A DNA stretch of 35,486 nucleotides from an uncultured Candidatus Saccharibacteria bacterium. GTDB lineage: Bacteria; Patescibacteriota; Minisyncoccia; Phycocordibacterales; JAKFXT01. The stretch lies in NCBI GenBank assembly GCA_964357075.1, contig CAYHJR010000001.1, positions 1 to 35,486 of the forward strand, in the 5' to 3' direction. The translations under genes were made by a program, and so were the position numbers. Each line of letters starts with the position of its first letter. Positions within the stretch are counted from its first letter, which is position 1. This document shows, piece after piece, positions 22,148 to 30,067 of this stretch. The notes beneath the pieces are model-generated. The model made no database searches. It had not been told where the DNA came from and saw only the letters and a program-made list of their open reading frames with translations.

Positions 22148-25093
22148 TTAATTTTTTACCACAAAATTAATAATCTTACCCTTGACATACACGACCTTTT
22201 CGAACCCGCCCAAAATCCACTTTCCAATTATCGGGTCGGATTTTGAAAGTGAAATAACTTTTTCTTCCAAAGCGTCATTGTCAACCTCTATCATACCGCG
22301 GGTCTTGCCATTAACCGAGACCGGCAAATAGATATTTTTCTTTATCAGTTTTTTCCTATCATGTTTCGGCCATGGCGTAAGATGAACGTTTTTTTTATTA
22401 CCAAGATTATGCCAAATTTCTTCCGTCAGATGAGGAGCAAAAGGTGAGAGCAATTTCAAAAATATTTCAAAATCCTTTCTTGAAACAGAGTTGGATTTTT
22501 CAAATTCGTTGGAAAGTATCATCAGAGAGCTAACTGCCGTATTCATTTTAAGCTCTTCAATATCCTCCCCCACTTTCTTAATCGTCTTATGCATTAAGGA
22601 ATCCAGTTCTTTACTTGTTGGTTGTTGGTTGTTGGTTGTGAGTTTTTCCTGAAGCTTCCACACCCTTTCTATAAAACGACGACACCCGACCATGCTATCT
22701 GTATTCCAAGCAATCGCTTGCTCAAACGGTCCCATAAACATTTCATATAATCTCAAGGTGTCAGCTCCAACTTTCTCAATAATGGTGTCCGGGTTTATGA
22801 CATTGCCTTTAGATTTACTCATCTTTACTCCCCCTTCGGCTAGGATTAATCCGTGGGAAGTTCTTTTCTTGTAAGGTTCTGATGTGGGTACCAGTTTTAA
22901 ATCGTAAAGAAACTTGTGCCAAAATCTTGAATACAAAAGGTGAAGCGTGGTGTGTTCCATTCCGCCGTTATACCAATCCACCCCGTTAGAGGTGGGCTCA
23001 CGCTGCGGGCCCTCGCGACCTCTAACGGGGCGAGCCGTCAGCCAATATTTTAGGTTTTTTTGCGAGGCAAACTCCTTTTTATTTTTAGGGTCAGTGTAGC
23101 GAAGATAATACCAGCTTGAGCCGGCCCAATTTGGCATCACGTCTGTTTCGCGTCTGCCTTTGCCTTTGCATTTTGGGCATTTGACGTTTACCCATGAAGA
23201 GATATTCGCCAAAGGCGATTCGCCGGTATTTGTCGGTTTATAGTTTCTAACTTTTGGAAGCAATACCGGTAATTGCTTTTCCGGCACCGGCACAAAGCCG
23301 CATTTCTCGCAATGTATTATAGGTATCGGTTCACCCCAGTAGCGCTGCCGCGAGAAAACCCAGTCACGCAGTTTAAAAGTTGTTGTTTTTTTACCCCTCA
23401 CAAACTTGGTGATTGCCCACTTGGCTTTTTCACTATCCATTCCGTTAAATTTTCCGGAATTAACAACGACTCCTTCCCCCGTATAACAAAAACTTTCCTT
23501 GTCCCAGCGTGAGAGCCAAATATCCAACTCCGCATGAACAATTTTTGGGTATGCAATCTCATTTTTAGAGAACCAAACAATTTCATAACTTTCCTTTTCT
23601 TCCTGACTTCTTTCTTCTTGGGCTTCATCAATAAGCTCAAACATTACGGCGTTAGTGAAAGATATTCTATTTTCGTCTTTATGCGCCGCATAATATTCCG
23701 CTCTGGCAACACCCCCCATTACTTTTACCAACTTTAAATTGGTGTATCCAGTTTCTTCTCTGGCTTCTCTTCTTGCCGCTTCAACCAAATCCTCCCCCTC
23801 ATGAACCCCGCCCATGGGAAAAGTAGTCCAAGGCTGTTTTTTCCACTTTAAACATAAAATCTTGCCGTCCCGAGGATTTCTGATAATTGCGTGCACATTC
23901 CTTCTTTCTACAATTTTTTTACCTTTGCGTGGTGGGTTGTATATATCTATTCTATTCGGAATTACAACTTCTCTTATCGGCAAATTAAATCTTTTAGCAA
24001 ATTCAAAATCCCTATCATCATGCGCCGGCACCGCCATAATAGCGCCGGTGCCATAATGTCCGAGAACATAGTCCGCGACATATATAGGAATTTCTTCTCC
24101 GTTTGCCGGGTTAATTGCCATCAAACCATCGAGCTTTACTCCCGTTTTTTCTCTGCTTGCGTCCGTTCTCTCCTTCTCATTAATTCTAGAAGCAAATTCA
24201 AGGTACATCTTAACCTCAAGAGAATTTTTTACTTTATCTTTGTGGGTTTTTATTAATTCATGCTCCGGCGCTACCACTAAATAAGTGGCGCCGAAGAGAG
24301 TGTCGGGCCTCGTGGTAAAAACTGAAATAGCTTCCAACTGTCGGCTTTTAGCTTTTAACTTTTCTTCACCCTGAAAGCTGGAACCTGAAAGCTGAAAGCT
24401 GACTAATGCTCCTTCGCTTCTGCCTATCCAATTTCTCTGCTGTGTCACAACTTGCGGTATATAATCAACCAAATCTAAATCTTTATGAAGACGGTCGGCA
24501 TATTTGGTAATAGCCAGCATCCATTGTTCTTTATCGCGCTTTTCGGTTGGCCCATCACAACGCTCACATTTTCCATCTACAACCTCTTCATTGGCCAAAC
24601 CAATTTTACAATTCAGACACCAATTAATCGGCACCTTGGCTTTGTAAGCCAATCCTTTTTTGAAAAGCTGTAAAAAAATCCATTGTGTCCATTTATAATA
24701 TCTCGGGTCAGTAGTATTAATTTCACGCGACCAATCAAAGGAAAAACCAATTTGTTTCAATTGTCTTCTAAAAGTGTCTGTATTTTGTTTGGTAACAATT
24801 TCTGGGTGAATTCCGGTCTTGATTGCATAATTTTCAGTCGGCAATCCAAAAGCGTCCCACCCGATTGGATAAAGCACGTTATACCCTTCGGAACGGCGCT
24901 TCCTCGCAATTATGTCCATGGCCGTGTTACTCCTAATGTGGCCAACGTGGAGTCCATCGCCTGATGGATAAGGGAACTCTATAAGACCGTAAAATTTTTT
25001 CTTTTTAGAAGGAAATTGAGCATTGTCTATCTTTTGCTTACCCCAAATCTTCTGCCACTTCTTCTCAATCTTTTTATGGTCGTACTGATGCAT
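22148..25093 (-). CDS. leuS: leucine--tRNA ligase carrying an inserted Nudix domain and repeat-derived insertions
   Basis: HIGH (GLHVGHIRS), KMSKS (VKMSKSKGN), CP1 editing motifs (TTRPDTLFGATYLVVAPEH, GTGAIMAVPAHDDRDFEFA), and RDWVFSRQRYWGEPIP. The start is taken at MHQYDHKKIEKKWQ (25093). Confidence 0.95.
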   Translation of the reverse strand: MHQYDHKKIEKKWQKIWGKQKIDNAQFPSKKKKFYGLIEFPYPSGDGLHVGHIRSNTAMDIIARKRRSEGYNVLYPIGWDAFGLPTENYAIKTGIHPEIVTKQNTDTFRRQLKQIGFSFDWSREINTTDPRYYKWTQWIFLQLFKKGLAYKAKVPINWCLNCKIGLANEEVVDGKCERCDGPTEKRDKEQWMLAITKYADRLHKDLDLVDYIPQVVTQQRNWIGRSEGALVSFQLSGSSFQGEEKLKAKSRQLEAISVFTTRPDTLFGATYLVVAPEHELIKTHKDKVKNSLEVKMYLEFASRINEKERTDASREKTGVKLDGLMAINPANGEEIPIYVADYVLGHYGTGAIMAVPAHDDRDFEFAKRFNLPIREVVIPNRIDIYNPPRKGKKIVERRNVHAIIRNPRDGKILCLKWKKQPWTTFPMGGVHEGEDLVEAARREAREETGYTNLKLVKVMGGVARAEYYAAHKDENRISFTNAVMFELIDEAQEERSQEEKESYEIVWFSKNEIAYPKIVHAELDIWLSRWDKESFCYTGEGVVVNSGKFNGMDSEKAKWAITKFVRGKKTTTFKLRDWVFSRQRYWGEPIPIIHCEKCGFVPVPEKQLPVLLPKVRNYKPTNTGESPLANISSWVNVKCPKCKGKGRRETDVMPNWAGSSWYYLRYTDPKNKKEFASQKNLKYWLTARPVRGREGPQREPTSNGVDWYNGGMEHTTLHLLYSRFWHKFLYDLKLVPTSEPYKKRTSHGLILAEGGVKMSKSKGNVINPDTIIEKVGADTLRLYEMFMGPFEQAIAWNTDSMVGCRRFIERVWKLQEKLTTNNQQPTSKELDSLMHKTIKKVGEDIEELKMNTAVSSLMILSNEFEKSNSVSRKDFEIFLKLLSPFAPHLTEEIWHNLGNKKNVHLTPWPKHDRKKLIKKNIYLPVSVNGKTRGMIEVDNDALEEKVISLSKSDPIIGKWILGGFEKVVYVKGKIINFVVKN
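22614..22641. repeat. heptamer array (GTTGTTG) x4 inside leuS
   Basis: cttgttg gttgttg gttgttg gttgtga. Encodes TTNNQQPTS. Same word family as the dnaK tail array. Confidence 0.85.
22981..23030. repeat. GC-rich hairpin element in frame inside leuS
   Basis: CCCCGTTAGAGGT, 24 nt, ACCTCTAACGGGG (13-bp perfect arms). Encodes part of TARPVRGREGPQREPTSNG. Confidence 0.9.
24324..24400. repeat. eleven-unit heptamer array inside the leuS CP1 region
   Basis: gaaatag cttccaa ctgtcgg cttttag cttttaa cttttct tcaccct gaaagct ggaacct gaaagct gaaagct. Confidence 0.85.
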
Positions 25094-25122
25094 TAGAGAA
25101 ATATACCTTATAGAAAGATAAG

Positions 25123-25152
25123 TTGACAATATTTTATAATTTCTGATATAAA
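25123..25152 (+). promoter_or_regulatory. candidate plus-strand promoter diverging from leuS
   Basis: TTGACA (25123-25128), 17-18 nt, then ATATAA/TATAAA (25146-25152). Confidence 0.35.
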
Positions 25153-25157
25153 GCTCT

Positions 25158-25283
25158 TAACGTTGGAGTAGGCCGTGAGATTAGTTGAGGCCGAAAAACG
25201 AGGCGTTTGTGGGACGCCTACAATGGGACTTTGCCCAAGAGACCAACACCCCCAGCCGGACATGTGCCGGCTGTTGTTTTTTT
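25158..25283 (+). ncRNA. candidate small RNA (about 125 nt), class unknown
   Basis: GC-rich. Bounded by the promoter-like signal and by a plus-strand intrinsic terminator. Internal helices are GTTGG/CCAAC, GGCC/GGCC, AGGCGT-ttgtggg-ACGCCT and TGGG-actttg-CCCA. Confidence 0.35.
25253..25283 (+). terminator. rho-independent terminator (plus strand)
   Basis: CAGCCGG-acatgtg-CCGGCTG followed by TTGTTTTTTT. Confidence 0.55.
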
Positions 25284-25289
25284 AACCCC

Positions 25290-25380
25290 AACTTCCTTTT
25301 GAGTTGCCTTGCACAGCCCGACTGGGGCGAGCAGAACAATTCGCCAGCAGGTGAATATGTGTGCAAATCAAAAGGAAGTT
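25290..25380. repeat. 91-nt extended imperfect hairpin
   Basis: 13-bp perfect outer arms AACTTCCTTTTGA / TCAAAAGGAAGTT, a 7-bp inner stem TTGCACA / TGTGCAA, and an apical GGCGA / TCGCC. Confidence 0.8.
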
Positions 25381-25453
25381 AAAGAAATATTGATTTAATT
25401 TAAATTTTAAATTCTATCTACCCCTCGCATTGCTCGGAATCTCAGATTTAAAA

Positions 25454-26548
25454 TCAGATTTTGAATTCTATGACATCACCATCTTTTACTATGTATTCCT
25501 TACCTTCGGTTCGAACCAATCCTTTCTCTCGCGCATTTGCGTAAGAGCCGGCATCTAGCAAATCTTTCCAAAAAATTACTTCGGCGCGTATAAATTTATC
25601 CTTAAAATCATTATGAATGGCCATGCCGGCAATCGGGGCGGTGCTTCCTTTGTGTATTGTCCAAGCGCGGGTTTCATCCTCTCCCGTCGTAAAGTAAGTC
25701 ATTAGTCCCAAAATTTCGTAACTCTTTTTTATAAGCTCATCTATACCATCACTTCCGGACAATTCATTCTTAAACGCTTCCCTCTCTTCCGCTGTAAAAT
25801 CTTTAATCTCCTCCTGCACCTTGGCGTCAATCACGACAGGCTGGCTTTGCGTCTCTTTGATATATCGAACAGTTTCTGAAAATGCTTCTTTGTCGTATTC
25901 GTCCAAATTTTTCCCACCGGCTTTTTTGTTAAGTCCGTAAATAACCGGTTTCATGGTTAGTAAATTAAGTTGTTTGACCACTGGCATCTCCTCTGCGCTT
26001 ATAGGACATATTCGTGCGAATAAGCCGGTCTCTAAATTTTTCTTGATTTTTTCTAATACCCCGCTTTCTATAAGGGCTTCTTTGTCTCCTCTTTTAACTT
26101 CTCTTTGAATGTTTCCGAGGCGTTTAGCCACCGACTCCAAATCGGCTAAAATAAGTTCTAAATTTATGGTTTCAATATCTCGTTTTGGATTAATGTTTCC
26201 ATCAACGTGGACAATGTCCGAGTCCTCAAAAATTCGCACTATTTCCAAAATCGCATTGGTTTCTCTGATGTTGGCCAAAAATTTATTACCGAGTCCTTGT
26301 CCTTCTGAAGCACCCTTCACAAGTCCGGCAATATCCACAAACTCAACCACCGCTGGAATAGTTTTGACTGATTTAGAAAATTCCGACAATTTCCACAATC
26401 TTTCATCGGGCACGGCCACAACCCCAACCGATTGGTCAATGGTGCAAAATGGATAATTCTCCATGGGCACCGACTTTTTAGTGAGCGCATTAAAAAGCGT
26501 CGATTTCCCGACATTCGGTAAACCTACAATTCCAATAGATAAACTCAT
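25454..26548 (-). CDS. ychF: redox-regulated ATPase YchF (Obg-like)
   Basis: GIVGLPNVGKSTLFNALT, a TGS-like C-terminus, 364 aa. Confidence 0.95.
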   Translation of the reverse strand: MSLSIGIVGLPNVGKSTLFNALTKKSVPMENYPFCTIDQSVGVVAVPDERLWKLSEFSKSVKTIPAVVEFVDIAGLVKGASEGQGLGNKFLANIRETNAILEIVRIFEDSDIVHVDGNINPKRDIETINLELILADLESVAKRLGNIQREVKRGDKEALIESGVLEKIKKNLETGLFARICPISAEEMPVVKQLNLLTMKPVIYGLNKKAGGKNLDEYDKEAFSETVRYIKETQSQPVVIDAKVQEEIKDFTAEEREAFKNELSGSDGIDELIKKSYEILGLMTYFTTGEDETRAWTIHKGSTAPIAGMAIHNDFKDKFIRAEVIFWKDLLDAGSYANAREKGLVRTEGKEYIVKDGDVIEFKI

Positions 26549-26757
26549 ATATCTTCCGGCGTTAATCCTGTGTGTTTGGCTATACGGACGAGCATGCGAG
26601 GGCCAACTTCTTCATTATTATTGTGGAAAGCAAAAGTATAATCAGAATACCCAGGACGAGACAAGATTCTGTGAGACCCCCGCTCTCTTTTTATTTCCCA
26701 GCCAATTTTTATCAACGCCCTAAGTACGCGTGAAGATTTAACCGCGGACCACTTCAT
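26545..26757 (-). CDS. hicA: type II toxin HicA (mRNA interferase family)
   Basis: 70 aa. LIKIGWEIKRERGSHRIL...H...EVGPRMLVRIAKHTGL is the HicA/YcfA pattern. Its stop overlaps the ychF start (ATGA). Confidence 0.85.
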   Translation of the reverse strand: MKWSAVKSSRVLRALIKIGWEIKRERGSHRILSRPGYSDYTFAFHNNNEEVGPRMLVRIAKHTGLTPEDI

Positions 26758-26989
26758 ATTTGAAAAGCCGGTTTACCGAGGGAAAAACATTACCCTGTTC
26801 CATTTTGTCGGCAAGGGTGCGCAAAGCAATGGCACTTACTTTATGTTGCGCCTCCTTTTTGCTAAGACCATAGGCCATTACTCCCGGCATATTCGGTATT
26901 TCGGCAATCCAACGTCCATCTACCTCTTTTTCAAATTCAACAATAAGGGGGCTGGATGTTTTTACTTTAATTTTTTTCCTCGTATTCAT
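26738..26989 (-). CDS. hicB: type II antitoxin HicB-like (UPF0150 fold, no obvious DNA-binding domain)
   Basis: LIVEFEKEVDGRWIAEIPNMPGVMAYGLSKKEAQHKVSAIAL is the HicB N-domain pattern. It overlaps the hicA start by 20 nt. Confidence 0.8.
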   Translation of the reverse strand: MNTRKKIKVKTSSPLIVEFEKEVDGRWIAEIPNMPGVMAYGLSKKEAQHKVSAIALRTLADKMEQGNVFPSVNRLFKYEVVRG

Positions 26990-26997
26990 ACCGTAGC

Positions 26998-27006
26998 ATT
27001 ATACCA
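26998..27006 (-). promoter_or_regulatory. extended -10 element (TGGTATAAT) 8 nt upstream of the hicB ATG
   Basis: Minus strand reads TGgTATAAT-gctacggt-ATG, which implies a leaderless or very short-leader transcript. No good -35. Confidence 0.4.
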
Positions 27007-27069
27007 TAAGGCAGATTTTTTGTGAGCGTGCATGTTAAAAAGCGTGGATTTCCCGAGATAAAGCCTGAT
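27004..27069 (-). pseudogene. decayed duplicate of the ychF 5' coding end (P-loop region)
   Basis: The core TCGGGAAATCcACGCTTTTTAAcatGCaCGCTCACaAAAAA matches ychF TCGGGAAATCgACGCTTTTTAA-tGC-GCTCACtAAAAA (26479-26520) apart from a few substitutions and a small indel. It translates as ..LGKSTLFN.. but is not an intact ORF. Confidence 0.55.
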
Positions 27070-27072
27070 ATG

Positions 27073-27116
27073 ATTAATCCCTTATTTATATCTATAGATA
27101 TAAATAAGGGATTAAT
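27073..27116. repeat. 44-nt perfect AT-rich palindrome
   Basis: ATTAATCCCTTATTTATATCTA / TAGATATAAATAAGGGATTAAT. Confidence 0.95.
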
Positions 27117-27132
27117 GTAAAGTTGATTTTTA

Positions 27133-27360
27133 TTATTTGATTTGCTTATTTGACCACCACTCTCTGGCAACATAGAGAACGCCTAAACCGACCGTAATTA
27201 AAACAGCTTGTGTGATGGTCATGGTTATTTGGAAAATAGCTTCAATAAATGCCCAAATTCCAACTAACATTGCAACACCAAAAATTAGAGCCCCAAAGAT
27301 TGTTGCTGTGGCACTTTTAATTTCTCTTGAGTGTTCTTTGATTTTTTCCCACTCGTTCAT
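27133..27360 (-). CDS. small two-TM membrane protein, unknown function
   Basis: 75 aa with two hydrophobic helices after a polar N-terminus. Confidence 0.45.
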   Translation of the reverse strand: MNEWEKIKEHSREIKSATATIFGALIFGVAMLVGIWAFIEAIFQITMTITQAVLITVGLGVLYVAREWWSNKQIK

Positions 27361-27385
27361 ATTTCTTGTTTAATAAATCAATTAT

Positions 27386-27976
27386 TTATTTAGCTAATTT
27401 CCCCAGTTTAGCAATTTTATCGCCCCATTTAGTTCGCTGTTCTGGGTCGAGGCGTTGAATTGGACCGATTGAGGTGACGTGTGCTGGCCAAATCCCGCAA
27501 AACCACAGTATCCCGCGCCTGATCTCATTGCTGTAATCACCTATCAAAAGCCAAGTCAAAAATGGGTGCTGGTCCATAGTAATAATAACGCGAGCGGTTT
27601 TTCCTTTTAAAAGTTTTTGCCATGTGCCAAGAAGCGAGCCCTTGTTCATTCTGAAAGCAAAACCAGGCAAAAGAAATCTATCAAAAAGACCTTTTAATTT
27701 TGCCGGCATAGTACTCCACCAGTTTGGATACGCAATAACAATGTGGTCCGCCCAATTAAAATCCCCTTGCAGTTTAACCAAATCCAGCTCAAGCGCCTGT
27801 ATTACTTTGTATCCTTTGTGAAGTATCGGGTCAAATTCCAAATCGCTGATATTAACCCGGCGCACATCGTGCCCCGCCTGGCGCGCCCCCTCTTCATAGC
27901 GCGTAGCCAAATAACCGCAAAAAGAATCCCAATCCGTGTGCCCCAAAAGAACTAATATCTTTTTTTTGTGCGTCAT
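27386..27976 (-). CDS. flavodoxin-like fold NAD(P)H oxidoreductase (Flavodoxin_2 / KefF-MdaB-like)
   Basis: KILVLLGHTD...ADHIVIAYPNWWSTMPAKLKGLFDRFLLPGFAF is typical of NAD(P)H dehydrogenase (quinone) family proteins. Confidence 0.8.
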   Translation of the reverse strand: MTHKKKILVLLGHTDWDSFCGYLATRYEEGARQAGHDVRRVNISDLEFDPILHKGYKVIQALELDLVKLQGDFNWADHIVIAYPNWWSTMPAKLKGLFDRFLLPGFAFRMNKGSLLGTWQKLLKGKTARVIITMDQHPFLTWLLIGDYSNEIRRGILWFCGIWPAHVTSIGPIQRLDPEQRTKWGDKIAKLGKLAK

Positions 27977-27989
27977 TTTAACTAAGAAC

Positions 27990-28214
27990 TCACTTCATCA
28001 TTTGCTGAATTTCCGCTTGATGTTCTTGCATTACGGCTAATGCGGCGCTTTCCTGTCCCTCACCCCTCTTCACTCTCTCCTCAATTTTTTTGGCAATCGT
28101 TCCAAAAAAATCTGGATTTTTCTGGACTAAATCCAGGATTTTATCTTGCTCCACCTGCGGCAAACTTTTAAGCTTGCTCTTCAAAAGGGAACGAAACAAA
28201 AAATTCTGTAACAT
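27990..28214 (-). CDS. hypothetical small helical protein
   Basis: A 74-aa ORF that is charged and helical-looking, with no motif. Its position after atpC is the only support. Confidence 0.35.
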   Translation of the reverse strand: MLQNFLFRSLLKSKLKSLPQVEQDKILDLVQKNPDFFGTIAKKIEERVKRGEGQESAALAVMQEHQAEIQQMMK

Positions 28215-28287
28215 AAGTTACATTTTATCAAAAAAAGAAAAAACTTGTAACGGTTATCAACAGCCCGACATTTTGAACAAAAAATAT

Positions 28288-28521
28288 TCAAACAAGAATA
28301 AGGACTTCTTCCAGTGAAACTTTTATAACCCCTTTCTCTATTTTAAAATTAGAAACGTTTTCGTTATTTTTTACCACAATGACCCCCTCCTTTAAAGCGC
28401 TGACAAGCGGCATATGCTTCGGCAAAATCGTCATCTCTCCTTCGCTTCCGGGAAGCGTGACAGAAGACGCTTCTCCGTGGAAAAGAACTTCTTCAACATT
28501 GGCAATAGTTAGATTTATCAT
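28288..28521 (-). CDS. atpC: F1 ATP synthase subunit epsilon, short form (beta-sandwich only)
   Basis: INLTIANVEEVLFHGEASSVTLPGSEGEMTILPKHMPLVSAL. The ATG at 28521 is preferred over the track's GTG at 28548. The C-terminal helical hairpin is absent. Confidence 0.8.
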   Translation of the reverse strand: MINLTIANVEEVLFHGEASSVTLPGSEGEMTILPKHMPLVSALKEGVIVVKNNENVSNFKIEKGVIKVSLEEVLILV

Positions 28522-28544
28522 TGTTTGAAATTTTGTTATTTTCT

Positions 28545-29988
<1,444 letters not shown>

Positions 29989-30067
29989 ATTAATAAATTA
30001 GATCGAATAGCACAAACACTATTTTATTCGTTGAATTTGTGGTCATTCGTAGATTCGTACTTAACGG

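Noticed and set aside
25171-25248. A tRNA (His-like anticodon arm GGCGT-TTGTGGG-ACGCC) on the plus strand.
   Set aside because: The acceptor pairing is only 5 bp with mismatches, the D loop is oversized, and the putative T arm (TGGG-ACTTTG-CCCA) lacks the TTCRA loop. It is tRNA-like in shape at most.
25191-25385. A T-box leader regulating leuS (minus strand).
   Set aside because: The layout is reminiscent of one: long stem, small hairpin, UGGU-containing segment, short hairpin plus U-run. But the 3' internal loop of the long stem reads GGCAAC with no Leu codon. The GGGUGGUACCGCG-type T-box consensus is not present. The terminator stem is only 6 bp.
26967-27173. A 68-aa minus-strand ORF spanning the 44-nt palindrome and the ychF-ghost fragment.
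   Set aside because: It reads through a perfect palindrome and a pseudogene fragment in the wrong frame, and it overlaps the hicB start region. There is no coding-like sequence.
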